From: an uncultured delta proteobacterium
Lineage (GTDB): Bacteria > Desulfobacterota > RBG-13-43-22
DNA length: 64,000 nucleotides
Assembly (NCBI GenBank): GCA_963802945.1
Contig: CAWDKY010000015.1
Location: 256,001-320,000, forward strand
Reading direction: 5' to 3'
Shown here one piece after another: positions 1-10,033 of the stretch. Below the pieces are notes generated by a model. The model made no database searches. It worked only from the letters and a program-made list of their open reading frames with translations, and was not told the DNA's origin. The translations under genes and the position numbers were made by a program. Numbering within the stretch: the stretch's first letter is position 1; the number at the start of each line of letters is the position of its first letter.

Positions 1-1070
1 ACCTCTCCCAGATATTCGATACAGACCTCGGTCATCGCGCCCTGAATGATCTGAGACTGGAAAGCCCCCAATCGTTCGGCCAACACCAGATAGGGTTTGA
101 CCCGTTCCAGGAGATTGGCGCTGACCGAGGGGACATTGACCGCATTTTTAATGACCCCATGCAGTAGATAATCCACTATCTGCTCGGCCACAGCCACAGC
201 CACATTCTCCTGGGCTTCATCCGTCGAGGCACCCAGATGAGGGGTACAGACAAAGTTTTCCAGAGAAAACAACGGGCATGCTCCGGGAGGCTCGGTCTCA
301 AAGACATCTAAAGCCGCTCCCCCCACCTTGCCGCTCTTTAATCCCTCATAAAGGGCCTTTTCATCAACGATGCCCCCTCGGGAGGCGTTGACGATCATCA
401 CCCCGTCTTTCATCTTGGCAATAGCCTGGGCGTTGATCAGCCCCAGGGTATCCTTGGTCTTGGGCGTATGGATGGTGATGAAATCCGCCCGTTGAAAGAG
501 TTCTTCCAAGGTGACCGGTTCAATACCTTGGGTTAATAAAATTTCCGGCTGTATAAAGGGATCGTAGGCGATCACCTGCATTTTGAGTCCCTTGGCCCGG
601 TCGGCCACTATACTGCCGATTTTCCCCAAGCCGATGATCCCCAAGGTCTTGTTGAATATTTCCTTGCCCTGGAATTTTTTCTTTTCCCATTTCTGATCTT
701 TAAGGGAGGCTGTGGCCTGAGGGATCTTCCGGGCCAAGGCCAGAAGCAGCGAAATGGCATGTTCGGCCGTGGTTATGGTGTTGCCTTCCGGGGTGTTCAT
801 GACCACGATGCCCCGTTGGGAAGCAGCCGGGATATCCACATTATCCAGACCGATCCCGGCCCGGCCCACTACCTTAAGCTTATCGGCCGCCTTGATAATT
901 TCAGCCGTAACCTTGGTGGCGCTGCGAATGACCAGACCGTCATATTCCTTGATAGTAGCCTTCAATTCATCGGGGCTCAGGCCGGTTTTGACGTCCACTT
1001 GGATTCCTTTGGCTTTCTTAAAGATCTCCACTCCTTTTTCCGATAAATTATCACTGACCAGTATCTTCAT
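1..1070 (-). CDS. serA: D-3-phosphoglycerate dehydrogenase (runs off window start)
   Basis: Manual translation from ATG at 1070: MKILVSDNLSEKGVEIF...LVIRSATKVTAEII...GRAGIGLDNVD...NTPEGNTITTAEHA...KTLGIIGLGKIG. Confidence 0.93.
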   Translation of the reverse strand, partial: MKILVSDNLSEKGVEIFKKAKGIQVDVKTGLSPDELKATIKEYDGLVIRSATKVTAEIIKAADKLKVVGRAGIGLDNVDIPAASQRGIVVMNTPEGNTITTAEHAISLLLALARKIPQATASLKDQKWEKKKFQGKEIFNKTLGIIGLGKIGSIVADRAKGLKMQVIAYDPFIQPEILLTQGIEPVTLEELFQRADFITIHTPKTKDTLGLINAQAIAKMKDGVMIVNASRGGIVDEKALYEGLKSGKVGGAALDVFETEPPGACPLFSLENFVCTPHLGASTDEAQENVAVAVAEQIVDYLLHGVIKNAVNVPSVSANLLERVKPYLVLAERLGAFQSQIIQGAMTEVCIEYLGE

Positions 1071-1146
1071 GATGACCTCTTTTTAGCCGACTGCTTTAAA
1101 CTAGTGTATTTTGTCTCAATAACAGGTTTACAATTGTTCTCAGGCC

Positions 1147-1261
1147 GTCATTCCCGCGAAGCTTATCCTGGACCTGCTTGGGGAGCGGGAATCCGGGTTG
1201 AAAAGACCGGATTCAGGATTCAGCTTGTCCTCGAAGGTCGTAATCGGGTGTCCGGAATGAC
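1147..1261. repeat. REP/dRS3-like palindromic repeat (GTCATTCCCGCG...GCGGGAATCC ... CCGGAATGAC)
   Basis: Inverted termini GTCATTCC/GGAATGAC; related copies at 8712-8787 and 15877-15934. Confidence 0.7.
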
Positions 1262-1376
1262 AAGACTGCCAAGTAATTACCGATACCCTAACCTAATCAA
1301 CGTGATTGAAAAATGATTAGCCCATTTTTATCAAATGATGATTTTTTTGTCAACAGATTAAAGCCAATATGAAAAT

Positions 1377-1411
1377 AAAAAAACCCTGGAAGGTTGCCCC
1401 TCCAGGGTTTT
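1377..1411 (-). terminator. Rho-independent terminator of the porin gene
   Basis: Stem AAAACCCTGGA/TCCAGGGTTTT followed by a T-run on the minus strand. Confidence 0.8.
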
Positions 1412-1434
1412 GAGGTTGATTATTTTAAGTTGAA

Positions 1435-2805
1435 TTAGAAACTAAACTGGAACTCAATACCGCCCACCACGTCTTGTCCAAGTTCGAGTTTTGAGTTTAA
1501 CGGGTAGGGATAAGCCGCCGCAATGGGAAATCCCGGAGCATAACCCAAATCAGAGGCAAAAAGTTCCGGAATTATGGTAAAATTTTTGTTTATCTTGATA
1601 TAGCAGTTGATACCATAGATAGTCCTGGTGTTTGAGGTTTCCCCGGTTGTATATGCACCGGTTGGAGTCGTGGAAATATCTATGCCGCCAAAGATATGCG
1701 GAGTTACCATACCGAATGTCCAGGATAGATCAGCCCAAAACGCGGTGGTGTTGGCATTCTGGATCTTCCCCAAGGCGTTTCTTGTAAAGAGGGCAAATTC
1801 AGCTTCCCCTTGGCACATATTGACATCATATCCAGTTGAACCACCGAGGTTCTGGCCATACGTACCTTCCAACATACCTGTAAACGGTCCGACGTGTACC
1901 AAGACCGGTAAACGAACCAACCAGGAAGTCATAGAGGTATCCCAGCCGGCGGGCAATCCATCCCATTGGACTTGCTGAATTGCACCAGCCGGAAAGAGCA
2001 TGACAGGGCCGAAATTCAGTTCTAACTTGACGGCGAGCATGGGCAACGTGTAATAAGAATTTCTGCCATAGGTTGGCTGTGCCACATAAGCCCCCGCAAC
2101 ATAGGCCGGTGTGCCAAAAGCATCATAGGCTCCCGGTTCTACAAGAGAAATCTGGTAACCGAACATTTTGCTGATATGCTGTTCGAAACGTACTTGGGGA
2201 GCCTTTAGGTCATAAACACACCCGAAGCCAAGGCCGGCGACATGACCGGCCTGCAACACCATGGGCTCGTACCCAAGTCTTTGAGACATAGCCAAAGTAA
2301 TGGTGCTGCCTTCCATTTTACCGGCTGAAAGCACGCAGTTTCCGAATTTATAGCTTCCATACCATACATCTATACCAGCAAAATATTGTTCTTGCGTATA
2401 TAGAGTGGGTCCATAACCTCCTGATTGAACCCCAGGTGTGTTTATCGAATGGGGATTTTGTGAATTGTCACCAAAGGTGTAGAATCTCGCAAACATCGAG
2501 GCCGGACCAGCGTCCACTTTAAACCATAGGTTGGTCCAATATGGAACTGCATCGATCAACATGGTTTTGGAAGGGCCCGGCTTCCAAGGAAATACAGTCC
2601 CCCCACCAGTGTTATTGACCCCACTAGGAAAGGCAACGGTATTCGTCCATTGATCGGTATTATAGAAACCGATATCCCAATCCACTTCGCCGCCTACGGT
2701 CAGCCTTTCCCCTTTGGCGCCTTCAATACTAATGGCGAAGGCCGGCAGGGCAAGCGCTACCATCAAGAGCATCACAAAAGCAATCATCCCTAATTTTTTC
2801 ATCAT
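1435..2805 (-). CDS. Outer-membrane porin-like beta-barrel protein
   Basis: Signal peptide ending AFA, Gly/aromatic-rich beta pattern, C-terminal EFQFSF, SD AAGGAG, own terminator. Confidence 0.75.
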   Translation of the reverse strand: MMKKLGMIAFVMLLMVALALPAFAISIEGAKGERLTVGGEVDWDIGFYNTDQWTNTVAFPSGVNNTGGGTVFPWKPGPSKTMLIDAVPYWTNLWFKVDAGPASMFARFYTFGDNSQNPHSINTPGVQSGGYGPTLYTQEQYFAGIDVWYGSYKFGNCVLSAGKMEGSTITLAMSQRLGYEPMVLQAGHVAGLGFGCVYDLKAPQVRFEQHISKMFGYQISLVEPGAYDAFGTPAYVAGAYVAQPTYGRNSYYTLPMLAVKLELNFGPVMLFPAGAIQQVQWDGLPAGWDTSMTSWLVRLPVLVHVGPFTGMLEGTYGQNLGGSTGYDVNMCQGEAEFALFTRNALGKIQNANTTAFWADLSWTFGMVTPHIFGGIDISTTPTGAYTTGETSNTRTIYGINCYIKINKNFTIIPELFASDLGYAPGFPIAAAYPYPLNSKLELGQDVVGGIEFQFSF

Positions 2806-3000
2806 CTCTTTTTCTCCTTGTTGAAGTTGACGTTTTAAAATAGTCTTCTCTTCTACAAATCAAATCTCCTAACTTGTTTTTTTAATTATAAAATTCGCAA
2901 ACCACCCCCTTTTGTTTTCTAAGATTATTCCTATATTTCATTTTTTCATAACAGGTTAAATTTACGATGTCAAGGTTTTTTTATTGGAAAGCGATCCCCC

Positions 3001-4359
3001 TTAGGCCCTGGCCAGGTCCTTCAGGGCTTGAACCGTTTTCCAGGAAAAAGGATTCAAACCAGGGACCAGGGAATTGTTATGAAATATCGGATCATCCGCC
3101 AGAAGAAATCGGGAGGATTGGCAGGCCTCGGGCCAAAGTGCTGTTTGGGGTAAGGGGGAATATTCCGCCAGTCTGGGACGGATCCCCAGGGTCTTCACCT
3201 CCCGGATCGTCTGCTCGATTTCCGAAAGGGTCTGACCAGGCAGACCGATCAGCAGATAGGCCTCAATCTGATTAGGTGCAAATCCGGCTTTTCGTAACGA
3301 GGTTATGGCCCGCTGTAGATCCTCCTTATCCATCTTGCCTCCCCAGGCCTTTTGCCGCTCCCAATTGGTCGTTTCCAGGCCCAAATGCAAGGTTTTGAAC
3401 CCGGCCTTATAAAGGAGCCGTGCCCGTTCCAAATTAATTTCCCTAACATGAATGGCATTGGGGGTATGAAACCGGAAGCCCATATTTTGCTTAAGTACTT
3501 CCTCCAGTACCAGCCCCAGATGATTCTCAAAGCCGATCAACAAGGCGTCATCATAAAAAGCGAAATCCAAAATACCTTTCGTCCGCTGCCAATAAACAAT
3601 TTCATCGCTCACCCCTTCGGCCGACCGCCGGCGAACCCTGGTTGCAGGATGTTAGAGGCGCAATAAGGGCAGGAAAAAGGACACCCCCGGGAAGTCAGGA
3701 GACAGATATAATTAAGTGAGGGATACAAATCAAAGGCCGGTAAAGGATAGTTGTCCAAGTTATCAAGGTTCGGGATATTGGGCGAAGCATGTCCAGTAAT
3801 CGAGTCCACTAACTTTAAAATTGCCCCCTCTCCCGGTCCAATGATAAGATGATCCGGTCGTACCATCTTTCGGGCATGGTCAGGCATCAAGGTGGCGTAG
3901 ATACCGCCCAGAATAATAGGCACCTGCGGATACACGGATTTGACTAAACGTATTGTTTCCTGTAATCCCGGATACCAATAGGTCATGGAAGAAGTGACCA
4001 AAACGGCCTGGGGGCGGGGGAGTTCTCTCAAGGCTTGAAGGAAAACCGCCGGAGGAACTCCATACCAGTAATAATACCTGGCGATATCCTGTAAACCGGG
4101 CGGTTTGGAAAGACGCTGGCGGAAGTATTTGCCTTGGCCAAAGGCCCGACGGGGCGGTAAAGGGGACAGAACTGTCGCGCCTTTAAAATGGACATCCAGC
4201 AATCCAAAAGATGCACCTGATAACCATTGTTCCGGAGAATTCCGGCCAGATAGAGCAACCCCAGGGGTTTGGCCCAGAGGTCAAAAGCGGTAAAGTCCCA
4301 GATATAGGGATTTGGAATTTCGGGATCCGGGATATAAGATTTGATGATTCCCCTTGCAC
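3001..4359 (-). pseudogene. B12-binding radical SAM protein, interrupted by about 3 frameshifts (~4312, ~4202, ~3620)
   Basis: Pieces NPYIWDFTAFDLWAKPLGLLYLAGIL, TSSMTYWYPG..LGGIYATL, TSRGCPFSCPYC (CxxxCxxC), FAFYDDALL; lesions may be sequencing errors. Confidence 0.75.
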
Positions 4360-4404
4360 CCCTGACCTTGCTCCTTATACCCTAATTTTTTTATACCTGA
4401 ACCT

Positions 4405-5841
4405 ATGGAATCAGAGCAAATAAAAAAGCTGCGTCAGTGGGTGGTCGATCAACCCGAATTCAATCTTCTTCTTAACATTGCTCAGGAAGTCGGGGCGGAT
4501 ATCTTTCTGGTCGGAGGGCTGGTTCGCGACCGGCTGCTCAACATGGAAACCCAGGATTGGGACTTGACCCTTTCTCATCAAGCCCTGAAAGCAGCCGGAA
4601 TTTTTGCCGATCGAACAGGCGGGCATTTCGTTTTGTTTCGGGAAGAAGGGGAGATGGCCCGGGTAGTCCTACCTGACCGGACCTTCGATTTTGCTGTATT
4701 CCGAGGTCCTGACCTGAAAGCCGACCTGAGGGGCAGGGATTTTACGATTAACGCTATCAGTATTTCTCTAGCCCAGGCCTTTTCCCAAGGGGACTGGCTC
4801 CCCTATGATCCCTTAAACGGGATACAGGACCTGCAGGATAGGGTCCTGCGCATGACCTCCTCGGATTGTTTTCAACAGGACCCTTTGCGGATGCTTCGGA
4901 CCTTTCGATTATCGGCCCAACTGGGTTTGACTATCGATTCTGAGACAATGCTGGCCATTGAGGAATCAGCGCCAATCCTGATCCGAAGCGCCCCGGAACG
5001 CATCCATTATGAATGGATGACCTTGCTTTCTCAGCCTGTCAGTTTTCATGCTGTCCAGGCCATAGAAGAAGCCGGGTTGTTTAAAGTGTTTTTCCCGGAG
5101 ATGTATCCTTTAAAAGGAATCCTTCAAGATCGATATCATCACCTCGCTGTTTTTCAGCACAGTCTGCTGACCTTCCGATGTCTGGAAGAATTGATACAAA
5201 GGGAAATCCCCCTTCCGGGAGACCTGGCAGCAGAAACAGCTTCTTATTTAAAGCAGAACAGGAAAGCGGCCTGGCTGAAATGGGCGGCCCTGTTTCACGA
5301 TCTGGGAAAGGCGGCAACGGAAGGTGAAAAGGCAGGACACAAGACCTTTTATGGACATGCTGAGACCTCACAGAAGCAGTTCAGCCTAATAGCCAGGCGG
5401 TATCGGGTAAGTAACCGCGAAAAAAATTTTATTGAACAAATGATCGGATGGCACATGAAGCCCTTTTATCTGGTTCAAGAAGGATACAAGAAGGCCCTTA
5501 CCCATAGGGCCGTGATCCGATTCGTCCGAGAACTAGGGGACGAATTAAACGGGATCTTTTTACTAGCCCTGGCTGATAGCCTGGCGGCTCAGGGAAAAGA
5601 AAAATCAGAAGATCAAGAAGACCGACTTGTTGATTTGTGGCGTCAATCCATTTCCGTCAGAGACGAAATCATCCGTCCCTGGCAGGGGAATCCCCCTCTT
5701 GTTTCGGGAAACGATCTGATCGAACTGGGCTTGACCCCCAGCCCTTTGTTCAAAACCATCTTGTTGAAAATCCAGGAGGCGCAATGGGAAGGAAAGGTTT
5801 CAAGCCGGGAAGAGGCGTTGGAGTGGATTAAAAGAGATTAG
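4405..5841 (+). CDS. CCA tRNA nucleotidyltransferase / poly(A) polymerase family with HD domain
   Basis: VGGLVRD..DWD, DLRGRDFTINA, DPLRMLR, ERIHYE, HD motif LFHDLGK. Confidence 0.88.
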   Translation: MESEQIKKLRQWVVDQPEFNLLLNIAQEVGADIFLVGGLVRDRLLNMETQDWDLTLSHQALKAAGIFADRTGGHFVLFREEGEMARVVLPDRTFDFAVFRGPDLKADLRGRDFTINAISISLAQAFSQGDWLPYDPLNGIQDLQDRVLRMTSSDCFQQDPLRMLRTFRLSAQLGLTIDSETMLAIEESAPILIRSAPERIHYEWMTLLSQPVSFHAVQAIEEAGLFKVFFPEMYPLKGILQDRYHHLAVFQHSLLTFRCLEELIQREIPLPGDLAAETASYLKQNRKAAWLKWAALFHDLGKAATEGEKAGHKTFYGHAETSQKQFSLIARRYRVSNREKNFIEQMIGWHMKPFYLVQEGYKKALTHRAVIRFVRELGDELNGIFLLALADSLAAQGKEKSEDQEDRLVDLWRQSISVRDEIIRPWQGNPPLVSGNDLIELGLTPSPLFKTILLKIQEAQWEGKVSSREEALEWIKRD

Positions 5842-6154
5842 GCCTCTGATAAATATAGTTGGGGATGAATGGTCTTGTTTGAAAAATTATCCAAAAGTTG
5901 ATTATGAGTCTGCAATCCGGCCCAATGGCTAAGTTTGCTCAGGAGACGTATGCCTTCCTCTCAGCCTATTTCGGGCTTTGGGGTAGGCCTGCTTCTAAAA
6001 AATATTTTAAGTTTGGGCCTGTCAGATTGCTTTTGGCTTAAGGGTGGATAATTCCCCAAACAAGACCCCTCATCCCTGGGGTACAGAGCGTCTGTAAAAT
6101 TCTCAGTCCATAGGATGCTGAAATGGAACGTATATGAAATCCACAATCCGAAAT

Positions 6155-6298
6155 CTATGGTTTGATGGGGGAGGTATAATTGGGATTGACCAGATACCCG
6201 ATGGTGACGATCAAGACAAAGACAATCCAAAAGACAATGGAAATAATCATCCAATCCTGTGAGGTATCGGGTTTAGTTTTTTGATCTTGGTCTTCCAT
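6155..6298 (-). CDS. Putative 47-aa single-pass membrane protein (below ORF-track cutoff)
   Basis: MEDQDQKTKPDTSQDWMIISIVFWIVFVLIVTIGYLVNPNYTSPIKP; one clean hydrophobic helix, downstream of hemL on same strand. Confidence 0.5.
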   Translation of the reverse strand: MEDQDQKTKPDTSQDWMIISIVFWIVFVLIVTIGYLVNPNYTSPIKP

Positions 6299-6369
6299 TG
6301 GTAAAAATTTAGGGTATTTTGTTTCCCCTGTCAAGAAGATATTGGCACCCCTTCAGGTTGCCGACCCTT

Positions 6370-7677
6370 TTACAGCCAATCCCATTCTTTTAGTAGACCA
6401 AAGACCTCATCGGCCGCTGCCAAGGTTCTTTCCAGATCTTCCTGAGAATGGGCTGAAGAAATAAAAAGGGCCTCAAAGGCCGAAGGGGCCAGATAGACTC
6501 CTCTGGAACGCATTTCTCGGTAGAAGCGGGCATAGATTTCCGAAGAGGCCTTTTGAACCGTTTCATAGTCCCGAATTTCACCCTCGGTAAAAAAGAGGCT
6601 GCCCATGGACCCCATACGGGTCGTGACCAAAGGAATCCCTCTGGATCGAGCCAGGGCATTCAGTTTTTCAAAAAAGAAGGCGGCCTTTTCTTCCAATTGC
6701 GCATAGATCCCTTTTTGAGAAAGGACGTTCAAAGTGGCCAGTCCGGCGGCCGTGGCCAGAGGATTGCCGGAAAGGGTTCCGGCCTGATAGACCGGACCTT
6801 CCGGGGCAATGAAGGACATGATCTTTTTATTTCCGCCAAAAGCCCCGACCGGCAGACCGCCGCCGATGATCTTTCCCAGGCAGGTCAAATCAGGCATGAT
6901 TTGAAAGCGTTCCTGTGCTCCGCCGAGGGCCACCCGAAACCCGGTTATGACCTCATCAAAAATCAATAGAGATTGATACCGGCGGGTTTCTTCTCGCAGC
7001 CCTTCTAAAAAACCAGGTCTGGGTAAGACTACGCCCATATTGCCGGCCACCGGTTCCACAATCACTGCCGCCACTTGATCTCCCCTTGTCTTTAAGGTCT
7101 GACGAACTTTTTCCAAATCATTATAGGGCAGGGAAAGGGTCAAGGAGGCAATTGCTTTGGGGACGCCGGGACTGCCGGGAATGCCCAAGGTGGCTATCCC
7201 TGAACCGGCCTTGATCAAAAAACCGTCTCCATGTCCGTGATAACAGCCGTCGAACTTGATGATCAAAGAACGTTTGGTATAGGCCCGGGCCAGCCTGACG
7301 GCACTCATGGTCGCCTCAGTGCCGGAAGTGACCAATCGGACCATTTCTATGGAAGGGACACAAGCCACGATCCGTTCCGCCAGTTCGACTTCTGCCTCGG
7401 TCGGGGCCCCGAAGCTTGTTCCCTTATCGGCTGCCTGCTTGACGGCTTCCTTCACCTGAGGATGGGCATGACCCAGGATGAGTGGTCCCCAGGATCCTAC
7501 ATAATCAATATAAGAGCGTCCATCTACATCAAAGATCTTCGAGCCTTCGGCCCGGCTGATAAACAAAGGGATGGTGCCGACGGATTTAGCGGCCCGGACC
7601 GGACTGTTAACCCCACCGGGAATTACAGCTTGGCCCCGTGTAAACAGGGTTTCTGATTTCGGTGAGGGATTATTCAT
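6370..7677 (-). CDS. hemL: Glutamate-1-semialdehyde 2,1-aminomutase
   Basis: PGGVNSPVRA, DYVGSWGP, SGTEATMSA, GKIIGGGLPVGA, YQAGTLSGNP. Confidence 0.96.
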   Translation of the reverse strand: MNNPSPKSETLFTRGQAVIPGGVNSPVRAAKSVGTIPLFISRAEGSKIFDVDGRSYIDYVGSWGPLILGHAHPQVKEAVKQAADKGTSFGAPTEAEVELAERIVACVPSIEMVRLVTSGTEATMSAVRLARAYTKRSLIIKFDGCYHGHGDGFLIKAGSGIATLGIPGSPGVPKAIASLTLSLPYNDLEKVRQTLKTRGDQVAAVIVEPVAGNMGVVLPRPGFLEGLREETRRYQSLLIFDEVITGFRVALGGAQERFQIMPDLTCLGKIIGGGLPVGAFGGNKKIMSFIAPEGPVYQAGTLSGNPLATAAGLATLNVLSQKGIYAQLEEKAAFFFEKLNALARSRGIPLVTTRMGSMGSLFFTEGEIRDYETVQKASSEIYARFYREMRSRGVYLAPSAFEALFISSAHSQEDLERTLAAADEVFGLLKEWDWL

Positions 7678-8161
7678 TAAAATACCTCATAGTAGTTTTT
7701 TTCAGTTCTTTTCGGCTGAAGAGCAATTGATAGTCGTTCATGTCCGTGGCCCGTGAGATCTTTTCGGCTATCTGCCGACATTTTTCTTCGCTGGCCCCAT
7801 AGATCATGGTGAAGAGATTATACTTCCATTCGCCTTGAGCACGGCGATGATAACAATGGGTCACTTCTCTGTAAGAGGCCATGGTCCGGCCCACTTCATC
7901 TATTTTCCCCTCGGGAATCCTCCAGACCACCATAGCGTTGGCCGAAAATCCTGAATTCCTGTGCCTGAGCGTAGCCCCAAAACGGCGGATGAATCCTTCG
8001 TCCTTCAATTTTTTTATTATTTGCAAGAGGTGCTTTTGAGAAATCCCCAATTGTCGCGCGATTGGGGCAAAGGGTTGAGCGCTGGCAGGAAGATCCCCGG
8101 TGAGTTCCCGGATAATTCTTTTTTCCAGGTCCGACAGGCCGTTTCCCATCTTCTGCTTCAA
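7670..8161 (-). CDS. ahbB: Siroheme decarboxylase subunit (AhbB/NirDLGH, Lrp/AsnC-like)
   Basis: IRRFGATLRH, ANAMVVW, VTHCYHR, WKYNLFTMI, ELKKTTMRYF; coupled to hemL. Confidence 0.85.
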   Translation of the reverse strand: MKQKMGNGLSDLEKRIIRELTGDLPASAQPFAPIARQLGISQKHLLQIIKKLKDEGFIRRFGATLRHRNSGFSANAMVVWRIPEGKIDEVGRTMASYREVTHCYHRRAQGEWKYNLFTMIYGASEEKCRQIAEKISRATDMNDYQLLFSRKELKKTTMRYFNE

Positions 8162-8484
8162 AAATATTTCCGTTCCAATTCTCCCACCAGTGATTCCATG
8201 GACTGATGGATGTTTTTATATCGATCCAAGAGGGCCTTCCCTTGAGGGGTCAAACGCAGACCCCCCTTTTTCCCTTGTTCGGTATCCTTTTCAGCCAAGA
8301 GGAAGCCCAGTCGCTCCTCAGAGGCCTTTAACCGCCCCCAGGCCGCTCGATAGGACATATTCATCTTTTTGGCCGCCTGGGCCAGGGACCCATAGTCTTC
8401 AATAGCCTGGAGAAGCTGATTTCGACCTTCTCCAAAAAGAACCCGTTTATCCTTTTCCAACCAGATCTTGAATTGGATCTTCAT
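8158..8484 (-). CDS. ModE-family winged-helix regulator (DNA-binding domain only)
   Basis: KIWLE..LFGEGR..LLQAIEDYGSLAQAAKKMNMSYRAAWGRL. Confidence 0.85.
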   Translation of the reverse strand: MKIQFKIWLEKDKRVLFGEGRNQLLQAIEDYGSLAQAAKKMNMSYRAAWGRLKASEERLGFLLAEKDTEQGKKGGLRLTPQGKALLDRYKNIHQSMESLVGELERKYF

Positions 8485-8711
8485 TGGAAATTTTCTCCCG
8501 GTCAATAGGCCAAAATTGTATAAATTTTTTTAGGTTTTATAGCCTATCATGGCAGTTTTGAAAAAGAATTGCAAGCCCCCTCAATTCTCTTTTTATGGTC
8601 CTTGAATTCCATTTTCCTTGACCCTTGAAAGCCTTTTCTTATATTTTTCGAGGCAGGAAATACTTAAATATGATAAGCAATATGGGTTTCAAATATAAAT
8701 GGCTAAAGTCA

Positions 8712-8787
8712 CTGGATTCCGGGTCAAGCCCGGAATGACGACAGAAATTTTCCGAAAGTCAGTCACTCCGGCGAAAGCCGGGTCCAG
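8712..8787. repeat. REP/dRS3-like palindromic doublet
   Basis: CTGGATTCCGGGTCAAGCCCGGAATGAC ... GTCACTCCGGCGAAAGCCGGGTCCAG. Confidence 0.7.
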
Positions 8788-8845
8788 GAATAAGAATTAT
8801 TCAGATAAGGCAGAATGTTATTTCAATTATGAGACTCTTTATAAT

Positions 8846-9988
8846 ATGGCCCAATTAACTCAAAATGCCCCCTTTTTAAGCCTTATCAGAAAGCTCGAAG
8901 AGATCGCCTCCCAAGGCTATTCGGAAATCGCTTCTCATCTTCCTTTAGGTCGAATGCCTATTGGTTATTTCTGCCCATACGTCCCAGAAGAACTCCTTCA
9001 GGCCGGGGGGGCTATCCCCATCCGGCTGATGGACGTGCCGGTTAAAATATCCCACGCCCAGGCCCATCTGCCGGCCTTTTGCTGTCATCTGGTTAAATCC
9101 TCTTTGGAAAGCTACCTTCGAGGGGATTTGGATTTTTTGCAGGGGATCGTTTTCAGCCAGAGCTGCGATTCCATGAAGGGGTTGGCCGATATCTGGGCCC
9201 TTCAAGGACGCCTCTCCTTCCAATTCAACCTGATGGTCCCAACCCGTTTGGATTCTCCTTTAGCCAGGGACTATTTTAAAAAAGAATTGGAAGGCCTTAA
9301 AACGGCCCTGGAAAATAAACTGGGGAAGATTTCCCAGGAAAGCCTGCAAGGGGCCATCCGGCTTTTTAATCGCCTTCGGGGACAATGGCGGACCTTGTAT
9401 GGCAAAATGTGTCTTGAGCCCGTCCGAATTTCCGGAAAGGTTCTGGCCCAGATTGTTCGGGCCGGGTACCTGATGGATCGAGAGCAATATCTGCTGATGC
9501 TGACCCGATTGTTGGAAGTCTGGCCCGAACAGTCTGAGGGTAAATCCCAAGGGGTGCCTCTTTACTTGTCCGGGAACATAGTCCATTCTGGAGATTGGTT
9601 TTCTTTGATCGAAGAGGCTGGGGGCAGGATCGTTTATGATGACCTTTGCAGCGGAGGACGAACCCTGCGCCTGACCGTGCAGGAAGACGGCGACCCTTTA
9701 GACGCCCTGATCGACCGCTATTTTACTGCCTATTTCTGCCCAACGAAACACCAAGGCATCCTGGACCATCAAGAGATTCTTTATCAAGAGATCAAGGATT
9801 CAGGGGCCAAAGGGGTCATTTTCCTTTTCTATAAATACTGTGAACCCTATTATTTCGACTATCCGGATTTGAAAAAATTTCTGGAAGCTAAGGGTTATCC
9901 TACATTGCTATTAGAGATCGAAGATCCTTCCCAGGCCAGGGAACAAATGAAAATCAGGTTGCAGGCTTTTGTGGAAATGCTGACCTGA
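8846..9988 (+). CDS. 2-hydroxyacyl-CoA dehydratase / benzoyl-CoA reductase family subunit (HGD-D)
   Basis: IGYFCPYVPEELL, SCDSMK, DDLCSG, KYCEPYYFD, IRLQAFVEM; ORF-track extension from 8699 crosses a repeat so ATG 8846 preferred. Confidence 0.85.
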   Translation: MAQLTQNAPFLSLIRKLEEIASQGYSEIASHLPLGRMPIGYFCPYVPEELLQAGGAIPIRLMDVPVKISHAQAHLPAFCCHLVKSSLESYLRGDLDFLQGIVFSQSCDSMKGLADIWALQGRLSFQFNLMVPTRLDSPLARDYFKKELEGLKTALENKLGKISQESLQGAIRLFNRLRGQWRTLYGKMCLEPVRISGKVLAQIVRAGYLMDREQYLLMLTRLLEVWPEQSEGKSQGVPLYLSGNIVHSGDWFSLIEEAGGRIVYDDLCSGGRTLRLTVQEDGDPLDALIDRYFTAYFCPTKHQGILDHQEILYQEIKDSGAKGVIFLFYKYCEPYYFDYPDLKKFLEAKGYPTLLLEIEDPSQAREQMKIRLQAFVEMLT

Positions 9989-10033
9989 CAAACATAAGGC
10001 ATGAGGTAAGAGGCATAAGGTACAAGGGAAAGC

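Noticed and set aside
8699-8845. N-terminal extension of the dehydratase subunit
   Set aside because: Translates a REP-like repeat; homology-like sequence begins after ATG 8846
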